A stretch of DNA of 64,000 bases from Verrucomicrobiia bacterium (GCA_049280815.1 JBAPQW010000087.1:2522-66521); one strand, 5' to 3'; counted from the stretch's first letter, positions 9,577 to 19,382 are shown. Notes: a model not told the origin generated them from the sequence alone. A program made the numbers and translations.

Positions 9577-11073
9577 ATGGAATACGAAGCGGTCATCGGC
9601 TTGGAAACCCACGTCCAGCTCAAGACGAAATCGAAGATGTGGTGCGGATGCACCAACACATTCGGCTCGCCGCCCAATACCAACGTCTGCCCCGTCTGCC
9701 TCGGCCTGCCCGGCGTGCTGCCCGTGCCCAACGACGAGGCATTGCGCCTGACGGTGCTCACCGGCTTCCTGCTGAACTGCGAGATCCCCCGCTTCGCCAA
9801 GTTCGACCGGAAAAGTTATTTCTACCCGGACATGCCGAAGAATTACCAGATCACGCAGTACGACAAGCCGTCCACCGCCAATGGCCACGTCGAGTTTGAA
9901 TTCAACGGCGGTCTGGCGCGCGTGCGCATCACCCGCGCGCACCTGGAGGAGGACGTCGGCAAGAGCACGCACTTCGAGCGCAGCAGCGGCGTGGATTTCA
10001 ACCGCGCCGGCGTGCCGCTCATGGAAATCGTTTCCGAGCCGGACCTCACCAGCGCCGACATGGCCTGCGACTATCTCAACGCGCTCAAGGACATCCTGAT
10101 TTACGGCGGCGTGAGCGATTGCGACATGGAAAAGGGCATGGTGCGCTGCGACGTGAACGTGAGCGTGCGGCCCAAGGGCACGAAGGAACTCGGCGCGAAG
10201 ATCGAAATTAAAAACATGAACAGCTTCTCCGGCGTGCGCCGCGCGCTGGAATACGAAATCCCGCGCCAGATCGAGGTCGTGTCCAAAGGCGGCAAGCTGG
10301 TCCAATCCACGCGCCGCTGGGATGATGTGGCGGGCATCACCGAGGAGATGCGCACCAAGGAGGATGCGCACGATTACCGGTATTTTCCCGACCCCGACCT
10401 GATGCCGCAGGCGCCGACGGATGCCTGGCTGGCGGAGGTAAAAGCCCGCGTGGTGGAGCTGCCGCGGGCGCGCAAACAGCGGTTCATGAAAGAATACGGT
10501 CTGCCCGCCTCTGATGCCCAAACGTTTGTATGGGACGTGCCTCTGGGAAATTATTTTGAATGCGTCGCGAAGCAGTCAAAAAATCCAAAGGCAATCGCCA
10601 ATTGGGTCATCAACAACCTCCGCGCGAAACTCGCTGAAAGTAGCAGCCGACGTGAGTCGGCTCCATCTGAAGAATCCGAGATTAGTCAGAGCGGACTCAC
10701 GTCCGCTGCGACGGGGACGACGCTCGCCGACCTCAAGTTTGCGCCCGCCACCTTGCTGGAGCTCATTGCCCTCGTCGAAGCCAAGACCATCAGCAGTTCC
10801 GCCGCCCAGCAGGTGTTCGCCGAGATGTTCGAGACCGGCAAATCCCCTGCAGCGATTGTCCAGGAAAAGGGGCTGGCGCAGGTGAGCGACACCGGTGCGA
10901 TTGAAAAATTCTGCGATGAAGCCATTGCCGCGAATCCCGGCCCCGCCGCCGATTTCCAGGCCGGCAAGGCCGCCGCGCTGAACTTCCTCAAGGGCCAGGT
11001 GATGAAACTGAGCAAGGGCAAGGCGAACCCGGCGCTTGCCGGGGAAATTCTGGAGCGGAAGCTGAAGGGTTGA
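9577..11073 (+). CDS. gatB: Aspartyl/glutamyl-tRNA(Asn/Gln) amidotransferase subunit B
   Basis: MEYEAVIGLETHVQLKTKSKMWCGC... is the canonical GatB N-terminus. The ORF-track start at 9463 only adds residues read through an intergenic repeat. The YqeY-like C-terminal domain is present. The gene carries an in-frame repeat insertion at 10640-10712. Confidence 0.95.
   Translation: MEYEAVIGLETHVQLKTKSKMWCGCTNTFGSPPNTNVCPVCLGLPGVLPVPNDEALRLTVLTGFLLNCEIPRFAKFDRKSYFYPDMPKNYQITQYDKPSTANGHVEFEFNGGLARVRITRAHLEEDVGKSTHFERSSGVDFNRAGVPLMEIVSEPDLTSADMACDYLNALKDILIYGGVSDCDMEKGMVRCDVNVSVRPKGTKELGAKIEIKNMNSFSGVRRALEYEIPRQIEVVSKGGKLVQSTRRWDDVAGITEEMRTKEDAHDYRYFPDPDLMPQAPTDAWLAEVKARVVELPRARKQRFMKEYGLPASDAQTFVWDVPLGNYFECVAKQSKNPKAIANWVINNLRAKLAESSSRRESAPSEESEISQSGLTSAATGTTLADLKFAPATLLELIALVEAKTISSSAAQQVFAEMFETGKSPAAIVQEKGLAQVSDTGAIEKFCDEAIAANPGPAADFQAGKAAALNFLKGQVMKLSKGKANPALAGEILERKLKG
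10640..10712. repeat. Double-hairpin palindromic element, subtype 1, inserted in frame in gatB
   Basis: Left arm GTAGCAGCCGACGTGAGTCGGCTC, 25-nt spacer, right arm GAGCGGACTCACGTCCGCTGCGAC. Each arm is a 6-bp-stem hairpin, and the arms are inverted copies of each other. It encodes roughly SSSRRESAPSEESEISQSGLTSAAT. Confidence 0.8.
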
Positions 11074-11115
11074 CTCAAACCATCGCCGGCAGTCACCACC
11101 CGGCGCGGGAAAGTT

Positions 11116-11134
11116 GGAATTAATTATTAATTCC
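11116..11134. promoter_or_regulatory. Perfect 9+1+9 AT-rich palindrome, candidate operator upstream of vapBC
   Basis: GGAATTAAT-T-ATTAATTCC, located 12 nt upstream of a -35-like hexamer. Confidence 0.4.
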
Positions 11135-11146
11135 TACAATTATCTA

Positions 11147-11175
11147 TTGACGGACTATTTGCACCATGCAATACT
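11147..11175 (+). promoter_or_regulatory. Sigma-70-like promoter candidate for vapBC
   Basis: TTGACG (11147-11152), a 17-nt spacer, then AATACT (11170-11175). The ATG at 11182 follows closely, so the transcript would be leaderless or short-leader. Confidence 0.35.
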
Positions 11176-11181
11176 CTGCCA

Positions 11182-11448
11182 ATGAATACGACTGAAACCG
11201 CAAACGCCGTCTGGTTCACCACCAAGGGCCAGGTGGTGATTCCCCTGCGGCTGCGCAAACAATTTCACATCGAGGACGGCACCAAGGCCATCGTGGAGGC
11301 TACCCCCGACGGCATTCTCCTGAAACCCGTCACCCGCTGGGCGATTGAGCGGGGCTATGGCCTGCTTAAACGGAAGCCCGGCAGCAAGCCGTTTGCCGAG
11401 GAATGGGCGGAGCACAAACGCGAGGAACGGGAACTGGAGGACAAGTAA
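11182..11448 (+). CDS. AbrB/SpoVT-family antitoxin (VapB-like)
   Basis: 88 aa. Swapped-hairpin motif KGQVVIPLRLRKQFHIEDGTK. The C-terminus is acidic. Its stop abuts the next start (TAAATG). Confidence 0.8.
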   Translation: MNTTETANAVWFTTKGQVVIPLRLRKQFHIEDGTKAIVEATPDGILLKPVTRWAIERGYGLLKRKPGSKPFAEEWAEHKREERELEDK

Positions 11449-11850
11449 ATGTCCGCCGCCGTTCTCGACTCGCACGCGCTGCTGGCTTTTTTCCGGGGCG
11501 AGGCGGGTGCCGCCCTCGTCAAGGATTTGCTGCACAGGGCCGCCAGCGCCGACCGGCCGCTGCAAATGACCGAGGTGAACTACGCGGAGGTGAAATACAC
11601 GCTGCTCAAAAAAGACGGCCCGGATGAATGGAACCGGGCCGCCGACATCCTGACAAGTCTACCCGTCGAATTTCATCCCGCGACCCGCCGGCTGGCCGAA
11701 CTGGCCGCTGAATTTAAAGCCCGCCACAAAATCAGCCTGGCCGACGCCTTTGCCGCCGCGCTGGCGAAGGAAAAGAAAACCGACCTCGTCACCGGCGACC
11801 CGGAATTCAAGGCGCTGGAAAAGGAAATCAAAATCATCTGGCTAAAATGA
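11449..11850 (+). CDS. PIN-domain ribonuclease toxin (VapC-like)
   Basis: 133 aa. N-terminal VLDSHALLAFF (first acidic residue), LADAFAAALA, and C-terminal VTGDPEFKALE. Size and pairing with an AbrB-type partner are typical of type II TA modules. Confidence 0.85.
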   Translation: MSAAVLDSHALLAFFRGEAGAALVKDLLHRAASADRPLQMTEVNYAEVKYTLLKKDGPDEWNRAADILTSLPVEFHPATRRLAELAAEFKARHKISLADAFAAALAKEKKTDLVTGDPEFKALEKEIKIIWLK

Positions 11851-12029
11851 TTTCGCCAAAAGCCAAAGCACTCTCGAATCACGAGATCGTTACGCTCGCG
11901 GTGTATTTGCTGGGCGGTGATTCGAAACGAATTGATACCGAAGATATTGCGGTGAAAGCTAACGAGCTTGCGCCGGGACGATTTAATTGGAGGAAATATC
12001 GTGACCAGACAGCAGCACAATTGGCGTAA
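11847..12029 (+). pseudogene. Short ORF overlapping the vapC stop (ATGA), possibly a truncated remnant of a longer gene
   Basis: 60 aa (MISPKAKALSNHEIVTLAVYLLGGDSKRIDTEDIAVKANELAPGRFNWRKY...). The N-terminal part looks globular and conserved. It then ends abruptly, followed by 125 nt of non-coding sequence. The truncation is my inference. Confidence 0.3.
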
Positions 12030-12154
12030 CCGTCCGATGGCCTGTCCGTTTGGGTAGGATGGTTCATCCACTCGACTCACAAACTCGTTTTACCATCCCG
12101 CACTGAATTCAAAAAACTTTGTTTCTTCGTTCCTTGGTGGTTTAATGATCGGGC

Positions 12155-13552
12155 ATGTTTTCATCGGGAATCAAATCCGTCCACTTTACCGGCATTGGCG
12201 GCACGGCCATGGCGTCCGCCGCCGCGGCCATGAAGGACAAGGGCTATGCCGTCACCGGCGCGGACCAGAATGTTTATCCGCCCATGTCCACGTTCCTCGC
12301 CGCCAAACAAATCGAGGTGATGAACGGTTACGCGGAGCGGAACCTTGCCCACAAACCCGATCTGGTGGTGGTTGGCAACGCCATTTCGCGCGGCAACCCG
12401 GAAGCCGAGTTCGTGCTCGACCACAAACTCCGTTATTGCTCGCTGCCCGCCCTGCTGGCGGAATTCTTCATCCGCGGCAAACGCTCCATCGTCGTCGCCG
12501 GCACCCATGGCAAGACCACCACCACCTCGCTGCTGACCTGGGTGTTTGAGCACAACAGGCTGAACCCGAGCTATCTCATCGGCGGCATCCCGAACAATCT
12601 CAGCCAGGGCGCGCGGTTCACCGACTCCGAATGGTTCATCATCGAGGGGGACGAATACGACACCGCATTTTTCGACAAGCGCAGCAAGTTCATCCATTAC
12701 CAGCCGGAAATCGCCGTCGTCAACAACCTCGAGTTTGACCACGCGGACATTTTTGAAAACCTGGACGCCATCAAGAAAACGTTCTCGCATTTCATCCGGC
12801 TCGTGCCGCGCAACGGCCTGCTGCTCGGCAACGGCGACGACCCGAATCTCGCATCCCTGCTGGAGGTGACGCATTGTCCGGTCAAACGTTTCGGCCTCGG
12901 CGAAGGCAACGCCGTTCAGGCCTTCAATCTCCGCTTCGGCCCGACGGCGACGGAATTTGAAATTCCGAGCTTCAAATTTCACCTGAACCTGGTCGGCGAG
13001 CTGAATGTGCGCAACGCCCTGGCGGTGGTCGCGTGCGCCAAGCACTGCGGATTGAAGAACCAGCAGATTCAGGCCGCGTTTGACACCTTCACCGGCATCA
13101 AGCGCCGGATGGAAGTGCGCGGCATCGCCGGAGGCGTGACGGTGGTGGACGATTTTGGCCATCATCCGACGGCCATCCGCGAAACGCTGAAGGCGGTGCG
13201 CCTGAAATATCCGCGAGAGAAAATCTGGGCCGTCTTCGAGCCGCGGAGCAACACCACGCGGCGAAACGTGTTTCAGGCCGAGCTGGCCAGTGCGTTTGCC
13301 GACGCCGATGCCGTCGTGGTTTCCGAAGTGGCGCGGCTGGAACAAATCTCCGCCGGGGAACGGCTCAACCCGGAAAAGCTGATGCAGGATTTAAAGGCGG
13401 CGGGCAAAAATGCGGCCTACCTGCCGGACGTGGATTCCATCGTTACGCACGTTGCGAAGAACGCCCAGGGCGGCGACATCGTCGTGGTTTTCAGCAACGG
13501 CGGCTTCGGCGGCATCCACGGCAAGCTGCTGGAGCGGCTGGGGCGGCGATAG
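12155..13552 (+). CDS. mpl: UDP-N-acetylmuramate:L-alanyl-gamma-D-glutamyl-meso-DAP ligase (murein peptide ligase)
   Basis: N-terminal HFTGIGGTAMASAAAAM, Mur-ligase P-loop GTHGKTTTTS, and about 460 aa length with an Mpl-type N-terminus (not MurC). Confidence 0.88.
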   Translation: MFSSGIKSVHFTGIGGTAMASAAAAMKDKGYAVTGADQNVYPPMSTFLAAKQIEVMNGYAERNLAHKPDLVVVGNAISRGNPEAEFVLDHKLRYCSLPALLAEFFIRGKRSIVVAGTHGKTTTTSLLTWVFEHNRLNPSYLIGGIPNNLSQGARFTDSEWFIIEGDEYDTAFFDKRSKFIHYQPEIAVVNNLEFDHADIFENLDAIKKTFSHFIRLVPRNGLLLGNGDDPNLASLLEVTHCPVKRFGLGEGNAVQAFNLRFGPTATEFEIPSFKFHLNLVGELNVRNALAVVACAKHCGLKNQQIQAAFDTFTGIKRRMEVRGIAGGVTVVDDFGHHPTAIRETLKAVRLKYPREKIWAVFEPRSNTTRRNVFQAELASAFADADAVVVSEVARLEQISAGERLNPEKLMQDLKAAGKNAAYLPDVDSIVTHVAKNAQGGDIVVVFSNGGFGGIHGKLLERLGRR

Positions 13553-13700
13553 TTCGGGAACATCGGGAGATTTCGGTCCGGCGAATCCGAGCCCGCATCA
13601 AGGTGCATTTTCAATTGGGGCTGGAAACCATGGCACGCTAATTGCGAAGAAAGCGTAAAAACATGGCCTTGCGCAATAGCCTGCGCCCAGGCCCGGACAG

Positions 13701-15539
13701 ATGACAAGCATCTCAAACAATCCAAGACCTTGGCGCGAGTGGGCCTGGCTTTACCTCGGAAACTGCATTTTAACGGTGGTTCTCCAGCTGGGTTACGTCC
13801 TGGGCATTTCCCTGGAACTTCACGGCACTGCCCGTCTGGCCTTCGCGATGGCCATCGTAAGTCAGGCCGGTTTTCTAAATCTGATTCCCGCCTTGTTGAC
13901 CGTCTGGCCGTTGCTCTGCTGGCGGCACCGAACATTGGCCCGACTCTTCGCCGGAGCGGTCTTTGCCCTGCTTCAGGTCGCCTTGCTCGTGGATATCATC
14001 ATCTTCCGGCTTTTTCAGCGACATTTCGACAATCTGGTCTGGACTGACCTGACCACCAAGGGCGTCGGTGACAGTGTGCGGATCGACCCGGCCAGCATTG
14101 TGATGGCCACGGCCATTGGGTTCCTGTTCATCGGCGCCAGCATGGCATTTGCCTTGTGGATCGTACCGCGGCTGGCGCACCGGCGGTTCAGGTTTGGGCT
14201 GGCGGCGATTCTCCTCGCCCTCCTTGTGGAGCGAACCACCTTTGCGACGATGGACCTGTGGGACAACTCGGTGGTACAGACCGTACGACACACGCTGCCA
14301 TGGTATCAACCCTTGACCATCCAAAAACTGGCCAAGAAGTTTGGTTACACCTGCAGTGAAATATATGTGCCACCGAACAGCCTCGGGTTGCTCCAACTGC
14401 CCCAGCATCCGCTTGGCCTGGGGCCGGAAGCGCGCGAACCGAACATTTTGTTTATCGCCGTCGAGGGCGGCCGGTTTGATGCGCTCGACGACAAGACGAT
14501 GCCCAATCTGTCCCAACTCAGCCGCGACAGTTTCCGCCTCACCAAGCATTTTTCAACCGGCAACGAAACACGCTTTGGCATATTCGGTTTGCTGTATGGG
14601 ATCCCGGGCACCTACTGGCATCGGGCGTTGAAACAAGGCATAAGCCCTCCGTGGTTCGACCTGCTGGCCAGCCAAGGTTACGAATTCAAACTCCTGAGTT
14701 GCGGAGACCTCAACTTCCCGGGGTTCCGGCAGACTTGCTTTCTCAAGCTGGCGCCCATGCTTACGGACCACTGGAATAATACGCCCCGCGTGGACCGCGA
14801 CCGGGTAATGACTGACAATTTCCTCACCTGGCTTGAGCACCGCGCCGGCCAGCCGACCCCATCGCACCCGTTCTTTGGCTTCATTTTCTTCGACGCGTCG
14901 CATCAGCCGTACGAGCATCCACCGGAGGACAGCATTTATGACGGCGCAAAATCCGGTGAAATCAACTATTTGCAACTGGCGGTGTCCCCCGCCGGGGCCC
15001 AGGCCTTGAAAGGTTCGTATCTCAACTCCCTGCACTATATTGACCGGCAGATTGGCAGGGTTGTGAAGGCGCTACAGGACCGGGGTGAGTACGAACGGAC
15101 CATCATCGTCGTGGTTGGCGACCACGGCGAGGAATTCGGTGAATTGGGACATTGCGGACACGGCAGTTCCTTCAATCATTTTCAGACACAAACCTTCGCC
15201 GTATTGCACCTGCCGGGAGAGGCGCCCCGGGTCATCGAGCACGTAACTTCACACGTCGATTTCATGCCCTCCGTGCTGACCTGGATGGGCATCACGAACA
15301 CCCTTGGAGATTACACCACGGGCGAACCGGTCCAAGGGCAGGAAACCCGGAACAGCACCCTGCTGGCCAGCTGGCAGGACACCGCGTTGTTCAACGGAAA
15401 CAGTGTCACGGTTTTTGAGCAGGATCGAACGCGATATCTGGATCTCAATGACCAGGCCCTGCCAACGCACGACCCGCGCCGTGCGTCCAGCGCCGAAACC
15501 GCCCGGGCTTTGCAGGAAATCCGGGTGTTCTTGAAATAG
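13701..15539 (+). CDS. Inner-membrane sulfatase-superfamily protein (YejM/PbgA- or LTA-synthase-like)
   Basis: About five N-terminal TM helices, then an alkaline-phosphatase/sulfatase fold (ILFIAVEGGRFD, FFDASHQPY, VVVGDHGEEFGE). Confidence 0.85.
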   Translation: MTSISNNPRPWREWAWLYLGNCILTVVLQLGYVLGISLELHGTARLAFAMAIVSQAGFLNLIPALLTVWPLLCWRHRTLARLFAGAVFALLQVALLVDIIIFRLFQRHFDNLVWTDLTTKGVGDSVRIDPASIVMATAIGFLFIGASMAFALWIVPRLAHRRFRFGLAAILLALLVERTTFATMDLWDNSVVQTVRHTLPWYQPLTIQKLAKKFGYTCSEIYVPPNSLGLLQLPQHPLGLGPEAREPNILFIAVEGGRFDALDDKTMPNLSQLSRDSFRLTKHFSTGNETRFGIFGLLYGIPGTYWHRALKQGISPPWFDLLASQGYEFKLLSCGDLNFPGFRQTCFLKLAPMLTDHWNNTPRVDRDRVMTDNFLTWLEHRAGQPTPSHPFFGFIFFDASHQPYEHPPEDSIYDGAKSGEINYLQLAVSPAGAQALKGSYLNSLHYIDRQIGRVVKALQDRGEYERTIIVVVGDHGEEFGELGHCGHGSSFNHFQTQTFAVLHLPGEAPRVIEHVTSHVDFMPSVLTWMGITNTLGDYTTGEPVQGQETRNSTLLASWQDTALFNGNSVTVFEQDRTRYLDLNDQALPTHDPRRASSAETARALQEIRVFLK

Positions 15540-15770
15540 GGCCGGGCGCTGTTCCCCAACACGCCTTTCGACCCGCCAAGGTGGTTGCCTTGATTGCGGC
15601 CAGCGTCAATTCGAAGGTCAAACCCCTTACCCAGCCAAGTAACCGGTCTTATTTTTTCCGACGGGATGCGCTGTTTCCTTGAAAATCACAACCTCCACGT
15701 CCATGCTGAGGCTTGTGAATTGTGCCGTGGCGGTCCCGGTTAAGATGCCGTGCCGCGCGGCACAGGAAAG

Positions 15771-17123
15771 ATGACGATGCCATACCGAGCCTGGTTTCAA
15801 TGTATCAACCCGGAGTGCGGAGAAACGTATCCGCTGAACTCCATCGTGTACCAATGCCGGCGCTGCGAGTCGCTGCTGGAGGTGCAACACGATCTGGCGG
15901 CGTTGAAACGCCGCAGTGCCGCAAGCTGGAAACAACTTTTCGAAAAGCGCTACAAAAGCAACGAGTGGCCCTACGGCTCCGGCGTGTGGGGCAAGAAGGA
16001 ATGGATCCTGCCGCAGATCAAAAACGACGACGTGGTTTCACTTTATGAAGGCGGCACCAATCTTTTCTGGGCCGAACGTTTCGGAAAGCTCATCGGGGTC
16101 AATGAACTCTGGATCAAGCTCTGCGGCAACACCCACAGCGGCTCGTTCAAGGATCTCGGCATGACCGTGCTGGTTTCGCAGGTCCGGCAGATGATTTCCG
16201 AGGGCGCCCCCATCAAGGCCGTCGCGTGCGCCTCCACCGGCGACACCTCGGCGGCGCTGGCCACTTATTGCGCCGCGGCCGGCATCCCGTCCATCGTGCT
16301 CCTCCCGCGCGGAAAAATCTCCATTGCGCAACTCGTCCAGCCGATTTCCAACGGCGCGTTGGTGCTGTCGCTGGACACCGACTTCGACGGCTGCATGAAG
16401 GTCGTCCAGGAAATCACCAAGGATGAATCGATTTACCTGGCCAACTCGATGAATTCACTGCGCGTGGAAGGCCAGAAGACCGTCGGCATCGAAATCGTCC
16501 AGCAGTTCGATTGGAAGGCGCCGGATGTCATCGTCATTCCGGGCGGCAACCTCGGCAACGTCTCCGCGCTCGGCAAAGGCTTGCTGATGATGAAGGATCT
16601 CGGCTTGATCTCGAAGCTGCCGCGCATCGTCGTCGCCCAGGCCGAACGGGCGAACCCGTTGTATCGCTCGTATTTAAAGAACTTCGAAAGCTTTGCGCCG
16701 ATTCAGGCGCAGAAGACGCTGGCCAGCGCGATCCAGATCGGCAATCCGGTCAGCATTGAAAAGGCAATCCGCACCTTGAAGCAATTCAACGGCATTGTCG
16801 AACAGGCCACCGAGGAGGAACTCGCCGACGCCGCGGCGCTGGGCGACCGTACCGGCATGTTCAACTGCCCGCATACCGGCGTGGCCCTGGCGGTTCTCAT
16901 CAAGCTGCTCAAGGCCGGCAAGATCGACAAATCCGAGCGCGTGGTCGTTATTTCGACGGCACACGGCTTGAAATTCGTCGAGATGAAGGTCCAGTATCAC
17001 CAGCGGAAACTGGGTTTCCCGTGCCGTCACGTGAACCAGCCGATTGAACTGCCCGCGCGCCTGGACGCGGTGAAGGCAGCGCTCAAAACAGCCCTCAAGG
17101 AAAGGGGCCGGTTCGATGTATAA
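15771..17123 (+). CDS. thrC: Threonine synthase
   Basis: N-terminal Cys4 ribbon (CINPECG...CRRC). PLP-lysine motif [11 protein letters not shown]. Length and overall pattern match ThrC. Start taken at MTMPYRAWF. Confidence 0.92.
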   Translation: MTMPYRAWFQCINPECGETYPLNSIVYQCRRCESLLEVQHDLAALKRRSAASWKQLFEKRYKSNEWPYGSGVWGKKEWILPQIKNDDVVSLYEGGTNLFWAERFGKLIGVNELWIKLCGNTHSGSFKDLGMTVLVSQVRQMISEGAPIKAVACASTGDTSAALATYCAAAGIPSIVLLPRGKISIAQLVQPISNGALVLSLDTDFDGCMKVVQEITKDESIYLANSMNSLRVEGQKTVGIEIVQQFDWKAPDVIVIPGGNLGNVSALGKGLLMMKDLGLISKLPRIVVAQAERANPLYRSYLKNFESFAPIQAQKTLASAIQIGNPVSIEKAIRTLKQFNGIVEQATEEELADAAALGDRTGMFNCPHTGVALAVLIKLLKAGKIDKSERVVVISTAHGLKFVEMKVQYHQRKLGFPCRHVNQPIELPARLDAVKAALKTALKERGRFDV

Positions 17124-17157
17124 TCTGGCGGAGGGCCGAGTTCCATGAGGCCATGAA

Positions 17158-17212
17158 CTGGCAGGGCGGTGCTGCCGCGCCGCCGGGCTGACCAGCAGGT
17201 CAGCCCTACCAG
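17158..17212. repeat. Intergenic double-hairpin element (variant subtype); possible terminator after thrC
   Basis: ctGGCAGggcggtgCTGCC...GGGCTGACC-agca-GGTCAGCCC-tacc. On the reverse strand it begins GTAGGGCTGACC..., which parallels the GTAGC-hairpin architecture of the other elements. No T-tract follows. Confidence 0.5.
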
Positions 17213-17269
17213 GGACATAAAGACTCCGGGACTCGCAGAGTTCGCTCCTTCGAAAAGCCGATTTGTTGC

Positions 17270-18478
17270 ATGAATTCTAAAATTAAAAAAACCCACGCAT
17301 GGAGCCCGGCGACGCTGGCGATTCACGGTCACGGCAAGCATCGCAAGGCGTACCACGCCGTTTCCACGCCTATCGTCCATACCTCGAACTACAGTTTCGA
17401 TTCCACGTCCGAGGTTTTTGAGTTCATGAAGGCCAAGGGCCAGGGCCGCGTCATTCGCGAGCACGAATACGGCCGGTACGGTAATCCCACCCAGCAGGAA
17501 ACGGAAAGCAAGCTCGCCGCCATTGAGGGCGCCGAACGTGCCATCCTGTTTTCCACCGGCATGAGCGCGGTCATTCTCACGCTCATGGCCTACATGAAAA
17601 AGGACGGCCACATCATTTTCACGAGCGATTGCTACCGGCAGACCCGCGATTTCGCGACGAATGTGCTCGGAAAATTCGGGGTTCAAACCAGCCTGGTCGC
17701 CCCGACGGCGGCCGCCATCGAGGAGGCCGTCCGCCCCAACACCAACATCATTTTCACCGAACTGCCGACCAATCCCTACCTGCGCGTGCCGGACCTGCCA
17801 GCCATCGTGAAAGTGGCCAGGCGGCACAAGGTTTTGACGATGGTGGATTCCACGTTGGCGACTCCGTTCAACATCCGCCCGCTGGAGCTGGGCGTGGACA
17901 TCGTGATCCACTCAGCCACGAAATATCTCGGCGGTCACAACGACCTGCTCGCCGGCGTCACCCTCGGCAACCACGTACAACTGGAAGACCTGATCAAGCT
18001 GCAACGGATGATCGGCTCCATTCCCGGTCCCCTCACCTGCTTCCTGCTGGAACGCGGCTTGAAAACCTTCGGCCTGCGGATGGAACATCACAACCGCGCC
18101 GGACTGGAAATCGCGCGTTTCCTCGAATCGCATCCCAAAATCAAGAAAGTCTGGTATCCTGGCTTGAAATCGCATCCCGATCACCGGCTGGCAAAAAAAC
18201 ACATGCGCGGATTTGGCAGCGTCATCAGTTTCCTGGTGAAAGGCGACGACAAGGCGACACGCCGGTTCATTGACTCGCTGGAGCTCTTTCTCATCACGCC
18301 CAGCCTGGGCGGTTCCGAAAGCCTGGTCACCCAGATGTCCATGATGTCGTACTTCGATTATCCGGCGGCCTACCGCGAATCCATCGGCATGGTGGACAAC
18401 CTCGTCCGCATCGCCCTCGGCCTGGAAGACATGAAAGATTTGATCGCCGACCTGAAGCAGGCGCTGGCAAAGATCTAA
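17270..18478 (+). CDS. Cys/Met-metabolism PLP-dependent enzyme (cystathionine gamma-synthase / beta-lyase family)
   Basis: 402 aa. PLP-lysine motif SATKYLGGHNDL. N-terminal ...AIHGHGK...VSTPIVHTSNY. The exact reaction specificity cannot be resolved by eye. Confidence 0.9.
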   Translation: MNSKIKKTHAWSPATLAIHGHGKHRKAYHAVSTPIVHTSNYSFDSTSEVFEFMKAKGQGRVIREHEYGRYGNPTQQETESKLAAIEGAERAILFSTGMSAVILTLMAYMKKDGHIIFTSDCYRQTRDFATNVLGKFGVQTSLVAPTAAAIEEAVRPNTNIIFTELPTNPYLRVPDLPAIVKVARRHKVLTMVDSTLATPFNIRPLELGVDIVIHSATKYLGGHNDLLAGVTLGNHVQLEDLIKLQRMIGSIPGPLTCFLLERGLKTFGLRMEHHNRAGLEIARFLESHPKIKKVWYPGLKSHPDHRLAKKHMRGFGSVISFLVKGDDKATRRFIDSLELFLITPSLGGSESLVTQMSMMSYFDYPAAYRESIGMVDNLVRIALGLEDMKDLIADLKQALAKI

Positions 18479-18534
18479 CCCAAAAGCTGAAGCAGCCGCC
18501 GACCCGTCCTCCGGAGTCGCGCATAGCGAAACGG

Positions 18535-18592
18535 AGGGCGGACGTGAGTCGGCGCAAACTTTTGAAGATGGGTGCGGACTGACGTCCACGGC
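18535..18592. repeat. Degenerate copy of the subtype-1 palindromic element (intergenic)
   Basis: GGGCGGACGTGAGTCGGCGC, 16 nt, GTGCGGACTGACGTCCACGGC. The arm cores GGACGTGAGTC and GGACTGACGTCC match the family, but the stems are eroded. Confidence 0.35.
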
Positions 18593-18671
18593 GTCGACCC
18601 GATTAATGCCGGGTTACTTGCGGAACCCGTTTGAAAAGTGCCAGGATGATGGCGTACTCCCAAGATTAATT

Positions 18672-19382
18672 TCAAACCGCTGGGCCGGGGGAATCATGGG
18701 CTTCCGGTTTTTGGACATCGCCCGGCTCCGTTTGGGCAGGTTGCAACGCCAGTTGTTCCGGTGGGTTGGTGGCCAGGCCAGGTTCGGCAGTGACCGGGCC
18801 GGGCGGCTTTTCAACCACAATGCGGCGGAGTTCATCCGCGGCAGGCAAATCGCCCAGGCTGCCCAGACCAAAATATTCCAGGAACAGCGCGGTCGTACCG
18901 TAGGTTGGCGGACGGCCCACCACATCGGCCCGGCCCACCGTCTCGACCAAACCGCGTTCCGTAAGCGTCTGCATCGTGCCGTCCACGTTCACGCCGCGAA
19001 TCTGCTCGACCTCGGCACGCGTGATGGGCTGGCGATAAGCGATGATGGCCAGCGTCTCGAGCGCCGGCTGCGAAAGCCGCGTTGGACGCAGCTTTACGCC
19101 AACGAGCGCGCGCAACCACGGTCCATAATCCGGCTGGGTCACGAATTGCCACGAACCGGCAACGCACGCGAGGCGATAGCTGCGCGCAAGGGATTCGTGT
19201 TCGCGCGCCAATTGTTCCAGCGCATCCGTCAGGTCGCTTTCCTTGACTTTGGCAAGTGATTTGGCAGTGGCATCGGCGGCTTCCGCCCCGGCCGCCGCCG
19301 CGAGCACGTCGCGAAGTTCCTTTACGCTCAGCGGTTTTTGCGCCGAGAAAAGCAGTGATTCCAAAATGTTTTTTAATTCCAT
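18672..19382 (-). CDS. scpB: Segregation and condensation protein B
   Basis: MELKNILESLLFSAQKPLSVKELRDVL... and ...AYRQPITRAEVEQIRGV are typical ScpB winged-helix strings. It lies directly downstream of scpA. The C-terminal tail is Pro-rich. Confidence 0.9.
   Translation of the reverse strand: MELKNILESLLFSAQKPLSVKELRDVLAAAAGAEAADATAKSLAKVKESDLTDALEQLAREHESLARSYRLACVAGSWQFVTQPDYGPWLRALVGVKLRPTRLSQPALETLAIIAYRQPITRAEVEQIRGVNVDGTMQTLTERGLVETVGRADVVGRPPTYGTTALFLEYFGLGSLGDLPAADELRRIVVEKPPGPVTAEPGLATNPPEQLALQPAQTEPGDVQKPEAHDSPGPAV

Noticed and set aside
15750-15763. Perfect palindrome GTGCCGCGCGGCAC just before the thrC RBS, considered as a riboswitch or attenuator.
   Set aside because: No recognisable riboswitch core (SAM, Thr or T-box features) around it. 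A single short GC hairpin is not enough.
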